A DNA stretch of 64,000 nt from Basidiobolus meristosporus CBS 931.73 (Eukaryota > Fungi > Basidiobolomycota), in the NCBI GenBank assembly GCA_002104905.1, contig MCFE01000381.1:1-64000 (forward strand). The letters run 5' to 3'. A program made the position numbers and the translations under genes. Each line of letters starts with the position of its first letter. The first letter of the stretch is position 1. Positions 49,345 through 61,049 of this stretch are shown piece after piece. The notes below the pieces were generated by a model. That model was not told the DNA's origin, searched no databases, and saw only the letters and a list, made by a program, of their open reading frames with translations.

Positions 49345-50331
49345 GTTCACTGGGTGCAATAACCTCTGGCAAAAGCTTGCTAGGAATACTTGGGTTCTGT
49401 CTCTAATCTAATGTGAAGGGGAATAAAGACACAAGCTTGTCAAGGGAAAACTATTGAGCTACAATCCCCAACTTAGTTGGCATCTTAACAAAAGTATGTG
49501 CTGGGTTCAGCATCCTTTGAGATGACAATGTACTAAAGCTTCCAAAGTCACAACAACTGTAAACTCCACCAGCAGGGACTTGATAAGAATGCAGATGTGG
49601 TCAATATTTACATAGCCAGATGAGTATCTTTGACTGTACACAAACAAACCTGGGAAAGAATCAAATATAATAAAAGATCCCTACTCTGAGTATTCCTCAT
49701 AAGTAGTGCCTCCAAAGTCAGATGGCTGTCAGTGCAGTTTCCTGGGAGTTTCCTGTAGTCTGGGATAGGAAGTTCAGGTAGCAGCAGGTAGCAGTGATAA
49801 CACTTATCATCAAGTTGGTATATTGAAAAAGGGATGATGATATATTGTTGAGGGATTGCCACCCTTATATACTTTTCTCACTGGCTAAGTGATCACTAAT
49901 CAAGGTGTTCCAGAAGGATCCGTAGATTGGCAGAAATCTGAATGATATCATAATGAGCTAAGAATATTCTAAGTAGATGCCAGAAGGTTCAAAGAGGCAC
50001 AGCACATCCAACCAATCAGTGATCAGTACTCCAAGACCTGTGTAACATAGGGATACCATATGTGGAGTGAAGATGGTAGGGATGGTGACACAGTTTGATC
50101 ATTTGTCATGGGTCTTGGCATGGATACTTGCCTAATGCAGAAGCACCCATATTTAATAATCATACATAAAGTGAGGGATACCTATGCTTTAAATAGGCTA
50201 GTATTGTGTTAGCTGGCTTATGGGATAGTACTGATCAGATAAGACAGATGGGATAAAACTTAAATAAGGGTAGTAGAGAAAATATGGGAATGAGCTCATC
50301 TGTTGGTGGGTATCACTGTGACCCCACTACA
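49345..50331 (-). mobile_element. Antisense LTR-B abutting the Gypsy-B 3' LTR (tail-to-tail)
   Basis: Reverse complement of LTR-B lacking only its last about 70 nt; ends CCCCACTACA at 50331. Confidence 0.92.
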
Positions 50332-50339
50332 ACACCACA

Positions 50340-50850
50340 ATCAAGTATACATTTACTTTGAAGGTACTATCCAGAAGAATGACAAGATGGAGTGAATACA
50401 CTCAGCAATTTGACTTGGAGATTGTCTACTGACCTGGGAAAAGCAACCCAGTTGCTAATGTGTTATTGAGGCTAGAACAAGTTGTGCAACTCAACTTGGT
50501 GCATGAATCAGACTACATTAGAAAATACAATTAGTCAGCAATTGATCTGGCAAAATGTATATAAGGAGCTGCAGGAAGCTTGACAACAATCAGCTCAAGT
50601 TTTAGGGACTACAATACTAGCTAAACCCTCTATTCCTCTCCAACTCATATATCAAGGCTTGTAATAAGTGCAGCATCAGGCACCTGAGTAATGATCTTAT
50701 TGCCTTTCTGATCTGAATGCTACTCATATACAACATCCCTGGGCTTGATCAGCTTATGAATTTTGCCATCATCCACCCCTATAAGAAATTATTATGATGA
50801 TCCTATTAAAAGGCCATCACAAATTTAAAGTCGTATCACTAAGAGGTACT
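50340..50850 (+). mobile_element. Old Gypsy pol relic (RNase H end / integrase start)
   Basis: RWSEYTQQFDLEIVY*PGKSNPVANVL matches the Gypsy RW..L..FD..I.YRPGK.N.VADALS motif. Confidence 0.65.
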
Positions 50851-51082
50851 GAACCTGTCATGACACCATGCTGAGACTGTTGAGAAATGATTGCTCCCCA
50901 GATTTCACAAAAAACTTAGTCAAAATTTTACATCACAACAAAATATTAGTGGCTTTTGATTGATTACCTGCCAATTCACTCACTTTCTGATCCTGGTCAC
51001 TTGATCACCTCCTATGTTTGTGTACACTGATTGGCTATTGCCACATTTTCACACTCCTTACTTCCCAACTCAACTGTTTCTC

Positions 51083-54000
51083 TTACTTTTTATTTGTACA
51101 AATTGATTTATTTCCATTAAACTTCAGTTGTATATCAATTGCCAATTGTATTGGCCTATACAAGTCCCTATACCATATACTAACATTAAGCCCAACTCCA
51201 CACTTAACAAGTATTTCCATTAAAATCCACCACTCAATAGGTATTTCTGCTGTGATGCTCTGTTTCCATGACTCTGGCTGGAACCTAATAGCTTTATGCC
51301 ATTGTTCACTCACTGGTTCCCACACATCCTGGTCTTCAGCCAGCACTGCAAGGTCTAGCACTTCATTTTCAAGTCTTTGCTATGAATCCCTGCAATATAC
51401 AAGTGTGCTTTCTTGTGCACTGCTCTTGAAAAAGTGCTGCAACCTCTTGGTGTGTCTATTAATATTCCAAAATTCCACTGAAGACATTGTGCTAGTCTTC
51501 CAAGTTCTTGCCATTGTAGCCTCATCTGTCAGTGGGATCTCCACTCTTTCAACAATGGAGGATGTGGAGGCTGTGATAGACAAATTGCCTTTCTCTGCTG
51601 ACTCTACTACCTTGCTGGAGTGTAGCTCAACTGGCTGCGCTTCCAACCCTTGTGAAAACAGTGGTTTTCTTGTTGGTATTTCTTCTTGGCTATGATGAGA
51701 TTCAGTCTGTTCTGGGTTTACAGCATTAATTGGCAAGAATGGTGTAGTGGGGTGACATTGACACCCACTGACAGATGTGCTCATTCCCTTATTTTCTACT
51801 TCCTATATATCTACTACATTTATTTTAGTTTTATCCCATTTGTCTTACCCAATCAGTACTATCCCATAAGCCAATTGACTATCACACCTGCTGACCTTAT
51901 TGCATAAGTTACTCCTCACTTTACATAAGATTACTAGCTATAAGTGCTTCTATATTAGGTAAGTACCGGCGCCAGTACCTGTAACACATGATCAAACTGT
52001 GTTGCCATCCCTACCATTTCCATACCATATATGGTATCCCTATGTTACACAAGTTTCAGAATACTGATTCCTGATTGGTTGGATGTGCTGTGCCTCTTAG
52101 AACCTTCCAGCACCTACTTAGAACATTCTTAGGTCATTCTGATGTCATTAGGATTTCTGTTGATATCCAGAACCTTCTGGAACACCATGATTAGTAATCA
52201 CTTAGCCAGTAAGAAAAGTATACAAGGGAGGCTATCCCTCAACAATAAATCATCATCCCTTTTATCAATATACCAACTTGTTGATTAGTGTAATCACTGC
52301 TACCTGCTGCTACCTGAACTTCCAACCCCAGACCACCGGACACTCCCAGGAAACCACGCTGACAGCCAACTGACCATGGAGGCACTACTTGTGAGGAATA
52401 CTCAGAGTAGGTATCTTTTATTATATTTGATTCTTTCCCAGGTTTGTTTGTGTACAGGCAAAGATACTCATCTGGCTATGTAAATATTGACCACATCTGC
52501 ATTCTTATCAAGTCCCTGCTGGTGGAGTTTACAGTTGTTTTGACTTTGGAAGCTTTAGTACATTGTCATCTCAAAGGATGCTGAAACCCAGCACATACTT
52601 TTGTTAAGACGCCAACTAAGTTGGGGATTGTAGCGCAATAGTTTTCCCTTGACAAGCTTGTGGCTTTATTCCCCTTCACATTAGATTAGAGACAGAACCC
52701 AAGTATTCCTAGCAAGCTTTAGCCAGAGGTTATTGCACCAGTGAACACCCCACACACAAAACACTTGAGAAGTGTTGGACGTATCTCTCCCTTGGACCTA
52801 TACACCACCACAATGGCAGTATTTTTTGTATGCTTCTCTAACTCAAGCTTAGACAAATTGCCATTTTCAGCAAACTCATCTACCTTGCTGGAGTGTAGCT
52901 CAACTGCCTGTGCTTCCATCTCTTGTGAAAACAGCTGTTTTCTTGTTGGTTATTCTTCTTGGCTATGATGGGATTCAGTCTGTTCCTGGCTTGTGGCATT
53001 AATTGGAGAGAACTGCAGTTTTTTTTGCATGCCTCCCTGTCTCAGGCTTGGGTAGACCTTTTTCCCTTTCCCTATCCTTTTATCATTGCCAGGTCTTCTA
53101 CTGCCACTTTATCTGAGTGCCTCTTGTAATGAACTACTCTTCTCCTTGATGAGCTCTGCTCTGACGCATCTGTTTTGACATGCTTGTCCCTTGCTGGCAC
53201 TCTTCTGGCAACTTGACATTTCTTTACTCTCTGTTTTGATCTCTCAGCTGTAGTTGTGATGGGCTCTTGAGAAAGCCACTGGTGCTTATCACTTCCAGGT
53301 CCTTCACTGCCACATTGCGTGAGTGCTTCTTGAGTGGTACTAAGCTTATTCCTCAACAAATGCTTTGCTGGTGCGTCCATGTCTGCCTGCTTGTCCCTTA
53401 TTGGCACTCTTCCAGCTACTTGACATCTCTTTGATGCTTGTTTGGAGCTTTTAGCCCTGCTTGTAGCAGGATCATGAGGAAGCTGCTAGTTTTTAGCAAT
53501 GGCTCCCTTGTTCCTCTGTCTTCAATAGTTTCTGCTATTCTGAGATACTTTCTTAGCATACCAATGCTGGCCCAAAATCTGCTTGCCTGTTTGAATTCAG
53601 GATAATGCTTATGGAACAAGTCAAGAGCATTCTGCTTGGCCTTTGGTCCTGATGGTCCCATGGTATAACAGCCCTAAGGTGATGGCATGCTAGACTAATG
53701 AAGGCCTCTTAACTATTAGACTACTCTTCTTTATTACACTCATTGGCCTAATGCATTGTCAATGTCTTTAGATTTTTAGGCTTCAATATAAGCACCACAT
53801 TATCTCCCTCCCATGCCATGATAGGTTTTTCTGTGGGCTTTATCTTTGGGCTCTGTTGTTGTGCTTCAAAGACTGTACAGTGTTTCTCTGCTGTTTCATT
53901 GGGAAATGGCTCAATTCTTGGCTGTGACAATGAGCTACTTGGGTTCCTTTGTTGCAGCAAAGACACTGCTTTCTCTACATGGGATATTGATTGCTCTACA

Positions 54001-54441
54001 TGTATTATCCAATTATCCTATTTCTGGACTATTTACTGATTTCTCTGGGTCATTGCATCTATCCTATTAGCCACAGCACCAAATTGCTTCATCAGTGCTT
54101 TGATATAAGCTGGCAGTATACTTGCTAATATGGGTGGTGGTGATGTTATGACTGCCACTTGCTGGTCTTTGACTGAAGGTACTGCATTTGATATACTCTC
54201 ATCTGTCTGAATATAATGATTGGCTTGTGGCTCTGCAGAAAAATTGCCTACTTGACTGAGAGCCTGATGAGTCTGCATTATTACATTCAGTAGGCACACT
54301 GTCAACATGGCCTTTTTTAGATGTAGCCACACCTGTTGCACTGAATGTCAAAGCAACCTGTTTTCCAACCATTTTTCTGCCGCCATCAGCAGTGGGGTTT
54401 GGTTGAGAGCCAGACAACTGTGCTTTATTTTTTGGTGGCAT
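51083..54441 (-). pseudogene. Degenerate long gene with internal peptide repeats, divergent from the CACTA-like transposase; probable transposon accessory gene
   Basis: ORF fragments from MPPKNKAQ (54441) through FHKHYPEFKQASRFWASIGMLRKYL to QPESWKQS..EWWILME. An approximately 70-aa unit (PINA..EQTESHHSQEE.PTRK.LFSQ..EAQ.VELHSSKV) occurs on both sides of the LTR-B insertion. Confidence 0.55.
51743..52812 (+). mobile_element. Solo LTR, Gypsy family B
   Basis: 1070 bp, TGTAGTGG..ACCACCACA, TSD ATGG. Confidence 0.95.
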
Positions 54442-54873
54442 ATATATGGTAGGGAGTCACACCAAAGGGGAAATAGTGTTATATATACAGGGGTATGTGG
54501 TGCCACAACTTTATTTTTAATGCTCACTATGGTGGGTCATCATTGAAGCTTACATTCATGTAGGTGCAATGCCTCAAATACAAGACTGTCATGAATTCAC
54601 ACAAGTATTGACCCAAGAGTAATATAATAGCATCATGTTGTTGAGGGTCAAACTGTTTACCCCATGGACAAGACTACTTTGATTCAATGCCATAAGAGAA
54701 GAGAAAAAAGACCATGAGGCTATTTTAGCAGGCCCCTCAGCCATGCAGCACACAGACAGCATAAGAAGTATTGCAAGGATCATGGCTGGTGTCTTGCCAC
54801 ACAAGTCATATTTGATCATTCATCAGTCTCTACTGTACCAACATTATCATGCCAGCCCATTGATACTTCTCTA

Positions 54874-57190
54874 TTGGCACCTGCCCATGTTTGTAACCTT
54901 GCACAAACTGAGTCAGAAGAGTTTGTGATGCCTTCAGGTGCACCTCAGCCTGCTGAATATGGCACACAGAGTGATAGCTCTGACAAAGAAGGCTCACTGA
55001 TGGATTATGAGCCTATCTCCTCTAACAAAAGTACCACATATGAGCCCAGTCAAATTGCAATATGCATTGAGACAGCACTTGCGGAAACAAATGCCAAAGA
55101 TACATTATGGAGCCAAGTGGGCCCAGTAATTCATCTACATGTGAATGATGTTATGTTGTGGCCAGAGAAGTAGTGTGCTTCCACTAATATCAGTAATAGG
55201 GGCTTTGAGAATTTACTACTACTACTTGCCAAAATCATCCTGGGATGCACCTTACCATGTACATGGTACAAGTGAGCAACCATCATGTGGCTGAAACATA
55301 TGACTCAGAGACTGTCCTGATTCCAGCATGTGTTAACAGTTGCATGGCATTCACATCCAAAATGCCACCATTGCAATGTGTCCAAATTGGCAGGAATCCA
55401 CCACCATTGAGGGAAAACATTGTTCAGACTCTGGATATATTCCAGTAGTACCCATTTAAAGAAGCTCATGCAGTCCAACTAATATTGCAAAGCTATAAGG
55501 CACCACACTCTATATCAATCAAGTGCAAAAATATCTAATATATTTGATAGCAAACATTACCAACAGCTGAAAAGCAAGGGCTACTTTGAACGTATGTATG
55601 ACCATGCATTTGCTTTAGCACTTGATGGATTCTTATTATACAAGTTCTCTACCAGCAAATTCTCCTAGCCACTGGTTCTTATCAACTTGAATTTGCCACC
55701 TATCTTATGGTATCAGAGCCAGAATCTGATGGTAGTCTCACTAGTATCTGGGCCTAAATTACTGTCCAACCTGGATAGCTACCTGTATCCATTGCTAAAT
55801 GAATTTTGTATGCTTTCCAGCAAGATAACAGTAAATGGTAGTCATGTCAGAGTGCATACAATTATCTGCATTGGAGATATTCCAGCCATCATCAAGATAG
55901 CCAGCTTTTCAGGGCGCAATTGATGGTATTGCTGTCAAATATATGAGATCCAGGGGATTTACTCCATAACTCACACACATCATTATTATCCAGAAACCTA
56001 CACTAAAAACGTCATCTTTGCACTCAGAGGACATACAGAAGTCAGCATCCAATTGCAGCTAAGTTGGCAAGCTATAAGCCATTGGCCGGTGTATGGTACC
56101 ACTCAGATACCAGAGATACTTAAGATAGAAGGCATTTGTTGCAGCAAATGTTTTCCACTGGGAGCAATGCATTGGCTTCTCAACAGTATCTCTATACTGA
56201 TGACTAAGTTGTACATGGGGCATTTCAAGCTAAATTAGCCCTTTGAGATACCAGGGAAATCTGAAAGAATTGGCAAGATATTACAGAGTATCTGCCATCC
56301 TAAGTACTTCTCACAGGCTCAAATCCATATTCATGCGCATATGCAACTATATAAATTCAAAGACTGGATGAACTGAACATGTATTTATTCAAGTGAATTT
56401 TTGAGGCCAATCCTACTAAGAGTACATTGGAAGCATTGGGAGTCATATGTGGGCATTGTAGGACTATTTATCCCAAAGCAGATCACCAATGCCAACTTCA
56501 CACACCTAGAGCTGTTGTCCAAGGAGTTTGTAATGGGATTTGAGCGGCTATATGGCAAACATAAAGCTGAACATGTATATCTCTACTGCTACTGTATCCA
56601 TTCTCTACTCCATCTTGCTTGGTATGTGGTTAATATTGTGCCTTACTTCACCATTTGAGAGTTTCCTATGAAGTGGATGTGGGGGAGATAGGAAGACAAG
56701 CCAAGTTGCAGGTACTATCATATTCCAATCTCGTCAAGAATATTACCTTCAAGTCCATCATAGATGCAATGAGTTGGTACATGGAGGACAGCCAGGAAGA
56801 GCTGGAAGATAATGAGGACAGATGTGCAAATGGAGACACCTATGCCTATGAAATTAAGAAGCTAAGCAGCCCCAATGCATGGGTAATCAGTTAAGTAATG
56901 CAAAGTGGGGTTGGGTGCAACAAGCAACAAGTTTTTATTAGGAAAGCTCTACCAAAGTATGCAATTCTCTTGGCCACAAGCCAACTTTTAAGCCCTTCAA
57001 TATGGAATTCACACAAAGAAGAGCCAGAGCATGCCTACAAGGGGGACTAGAATCCAGCAGGGAGAAGGAATATATTAGACTTGTTCCATTGTACCGTGCC
57101 AGGGCGCAAGTTTGGTTGGCATGGATGATTGCACCAACTTGTAATGTTTGCATCATGTGCATGATTGGATACCGCTATTATGGCAGGTAA
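54874..57190 (+). mobile_element. CACTA/EnSpm-like (Transposase_21/Tnp2) transposase relic
   Basis: ACVNSCMAFT, ALALDGF, NLPP....QNL..VSLVSGPK...LDSYLYPLLNE, IGDIPAIIK.A.FSG.N, MHW, IHSLLHL..WEFPME motifs; many stops and frameshifts. Confidence 0.8.
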
Positions 57191-57695
57191 AATCTGGTAT
57201 TTGGATATGTTTCTTTGATGTAAATGGAAATAAATGTGTATCACACTATAAACTACACTGATACTTACCATTTTAGTAACCATCACTCCAATTGGACGGT
57301 ATCTCAGTGGTTAATTGGTTCAAAAGTATCCTGAAGCTGGCAACCCCCAATTGGCTCATTGACTTCTAAACAAGCTACCTGATTTGCCATCAAATATCCC
57401 ATTTTGCCCATTGAGCAAGTAAATCCCTGATCCTAGTGATTGGACAAGGTGTCATAGCTAGCACGCAAGCAAGTGGGTAGGTGCAAAACAGATCCAATAG
57501 CTGCACTGGTATTACAGATGATGTATAAATATGCAGGGTGTTTATTTATAGGGGTTCTGTCTCAAATGTGAGATGACCTTAATATTACTTATATCAAAAA
57601 CTTGATGATCACTGATTTGCAATGGCTCAATTTGGATTGCAAAAAAAATGGGTTGTTGGGATCATTACAAATAATTGCAATTCAAAGCAATTGCA

Positions 57696-58850
57696 TCATC
57701 TTCTCCTGGGTTTTTTTCTCACAGGGATTACTACTGAAGCATTTGGTACTGACTCACTTTGCACACCTATACTACTTCCTGGCTGACTATCATCTTGGCT
57801 ACATGTGTATTTGTAGTCAGTATTTTGCCTCCTAGTTGATGAGTGCAATGCTGCAGCTTGGCCATGCTGAATTACTCCAACTGAACCAACTGAACCGGCC
57901 TGGAGTACTGTGCGCTGACGCGTTCTTTTACTTGCCAAGGGTTCTAGTGGTTCAGGCACTTCATGTTGGTTATCATCAGTCAGTTCACCAGAAGTAACTT
58001 GCTGATGGTCAGGCAAAATGGCACGTGCAGGCATGCCTTGACGCGCTGAGATGGCCCTTGGCTGAGTTTGATGTGATGCTGCATGTTGACGCAACTTAGT
58101 CCGCTCTAATGGACTTGTGTCTAAATCAGCAGTTTGGCAAGTTCTGGTAGTTTTGCTCTGAAGCGTGCGCATTGACCCAATGCATGTTGACTCAATGTGG
58201 GGCACTCTGGTAAAGGTTGTTGACGTAGTCTGGACTGATGTGTGCCGGCGTGCTGTGGTTGCAAGAGATGGTAAGGAATCCAGCAAGGCGTGCTGGCGCA
58301 ATCTGGACAATGTTGCTCATGGTCTGTATTCTTCCTGCTGAAGCTCACCATCTGATTCCTCAAGGTATTCACTTACCCTCTGTCTGATACTTTGAAGCTG
58401 TTTTCTGGATGAGTCCTGTGTATATTGCTCTTGGAAGCCACTTAGCTCTACTAATATATCACATAGTAAATTAGTCATTCGAGGCAAAAACTCATTCAAG
58501 ATCTCTTTGGTTCCCAAAGTTGAGGCACTAACGGATACGTCTGGCCCGTACTGTGCAAATTGCGTGTGAAATTGTTCCTGCGCAGCTTCTTCATCAAATC
58601 CCCTCACTCTCAACTCATTCTTGATTTCAATTCTTGTCTTGTTATATATCTTCTTACATACATTGGCTGGCATCTTGATGTAGAACTCATGCCACAGCTT
58701 TCTACTCAAATTCTTCCATCTTTGTCAACTCTCTGAGGTATCTAGTTCTGCTAGATTAATCAGTAGTGCCCAAATATCTGTATGAAGGCTCATCATAGAC
58801 ACTTGGGCCATACTAAAATCATTTGGCAAGAACTCAAGTGGATCCAACAT
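57696..58850 (-). pseudogene. Myb/SANT (trihelix)-like protein, probable Harbinger partner gene; two in-frame TGA codons
   Basis: One 385-codon frame broken only by TGA at 58725-58727 and 58317-58319. DIWALLINL..RWKNLSRKL....MPANVCKKIYN resembles the W..IS..L....C..KW helix pattern; ends in basic RKKPRRR. Confidence 0.6.
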
Positions 58851-59320
58851 CTACTTTTCTGGTCCAGACCTTGCTTGTGAGCGGGGGGATGGGTTTTGTG
58901 AGGGTTGTACTAAAGATGAGTTGAGACTTGGTATGGGGACCATTGCAACAGATTTGGATATTTATACAGCAGTATATTGGCATCAACCATGGTCTTATAT
59001 GAAATATATATGAAAACTAATGTGATTGATGAATTTTCCATATATTATGCATGATGCATCTTGGATTGTCTTGACACAAATCAGATCACATCAATTGCAG
59101 ATTTCCTATTTGATTATAGACCTATGAGTAAAGCATCAATAAAAGTACCAAGGCATTGTTTGGGGATAATTTTTGCAACATAATGATGTGATACATGGCA
59201 ATTGATGGAGATTTAATCATAATACATTAAAAACCAGATAAATAATGCAGATTGCGCTGAATCAATTCAAACCACCTCCATACAATCATCCACCAACTTT
59301 AATATGACTTGCTCATCTGA

Positions 59321-60179
59321 ATGGTCTTTTCTAATCAATCCCATCACTACCACTGGATTTCCTTTTGACACACTAGAGGAGATCTATTCCAAGTACTGTG
59401 GACCATCAACCCCAATCTAGTCAAGAAGATCCCTTGTAAAGCTTCTCTGCTATTACAAGCACTATTGCCCTACAAGGATTCATCCCACCATTCATGGCAA
59501 CAAAAGTCCTAGAAGCTTTCATTCTCAGCTGACAGCAATGGAGAACCACCTTGCAGAGTGTATGAATGACTTGGAGCAAGCTTGGAATACTAGGTTCAGA
59601 AGCTCCAATAGACTTCCATATCCCAGAGTGTTCAGCAACAGGTTTCATATCAGGAGTATTTTGGATACCTTCCCAGTAAGGATTAACAGACCTTCTAGAG
59701 GGCAGAGGCACTTTTATTCTGGCAAGTACACAGCACACTGTGCAAAGTTTCAAGCACTGTCTGACATTGAGGGTAACATCCTCTGGTTTAGTGGGACATT
59801 TGCTGGAAGTAGGCATGAGAAAGCACTCTGGGTAGAAAAATCATCCTGAATTCAGTAGAGGGGAGAAATGTATGGCAGACTTAGCCTATATAGGAGAGGA
59901 TTGTCACAGATTAGGATGTATTAAAGCTTATAGGAAGCCAAGGAATGGTGTGCTTAGCAGGAAGCAGAGCTCTACAATGAGATATTTAATCATTTCAGAG
60001 TGAGGGTAGAGGACACATTTGGATATCCAAAGAGATTTAGCATATTGGCAGGTAAATACAGAGGAAAGTCATATATAGGAGAAAACAGCAGAATAGGTAA
60101 AATAGTTAAGATACTTTTTAATGCACAGTATGCTCATAAAAGAAGACATCCACTGAGAGAAATGTCTGGAGCATTATGA
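59321..60179 (+). mobile_element. PIF/Harbinger-ISL2EU type DDE transposase (DDE_Tnp_4), frameshifted
   Basis: ILDTFPVRINRP..FYSGKY..H..KFQ..DIEGNI.W.SG.FAGS.HE, then CMADLAYIG..YRKPRNG.L and YN..F.HFRVRVEDTFG..KRF.IL in shifted frames. Confidence 0.85.
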
Positions 60180-60289
60180 AGAGTAAATAAAGCAAGGAAA
60201 GCACTATTCTGAGCAACATAAGTAAGATTGAGTAAAATTACCAGTAACTGTATCATACCACTGGCATCATGGTAGAAATTATAGTGACA

Positions 60290-60337
60290 GATAGTGCCGT
60301 AGAGTGCCAGATTGATCTGGCACTCTGTGGCACTATC
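60290..60337. repeat. 23-bp-arm palindrome with 2-nt loop
   Basis: GATAGTGCCGTAGAGTGCCAGAT-TG-ATCTGGCACTCTGTGGCACTATC; both mismatches are G.T pairs on the + strand. Confidence 0.9.
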
Positions 60338-61049
60338 CAACAGAACAAGTCTATTAGCTAAATACCAAAAAGTTGTTTGCAGATATTCAGCAGGTATTCA
60401 TGGCAGAGGTGGTGGCAAACCAGCATATAATTGCAGGATGTATATGTTACCAGCAGTACAAGGTATATGGTAGCTTTGCAAGTATCATGCTAAAAGACCA
60501 TAAAGTTGAGGTGATAGTAGTATGTCAATTGAAGCAGATGAGCACTTTTGTAGAGGTTAGTAAGCAGGAGACAATAGTATTTTTTATTCATACTATATGT
60601 GGAATACCCATGGTGGTGATGGGTAGCAAATAAAGAGGGGTGATTCCACAGTGCAATATATGAATTGCACAAGGCCAGGTAGAAAAAGAAAACACCATTT
60701 GGTATATTGGTCCAGTGGCATTGTACAGAGCTAGCTGTAGGCCACAACACTGCCATGATAATGCCATTGGAGACATGCAATGAGACCATCAAACACCATC
60801 AAGTTTCTTGCCATAAGAGGCAATTGGATGTACTGGTTGTTTAGATCCATTTAAATAGTTACAGGGCACATTAAGACCACAACTATGCCATACAATTACT
60901 GCTACAGCACAATTTAAACCCTGTCAAGTTCTGGAACTTTATTGGGTGGTAAAATTAGCCAAATGCCATCAAGATCCATCAAAAGATAGCTTAGAGGGTC
61001 ACTAATTCCAGACTGCTGGTATTATGACGGTCTCCAAATAGGATCCTGA

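Noticed and set aside
57550-57580. GGGGTTCTGTCTCAAAT as a Harbinger left TIR
   Set aside because: No matching inverted copy found beyond the transposase.
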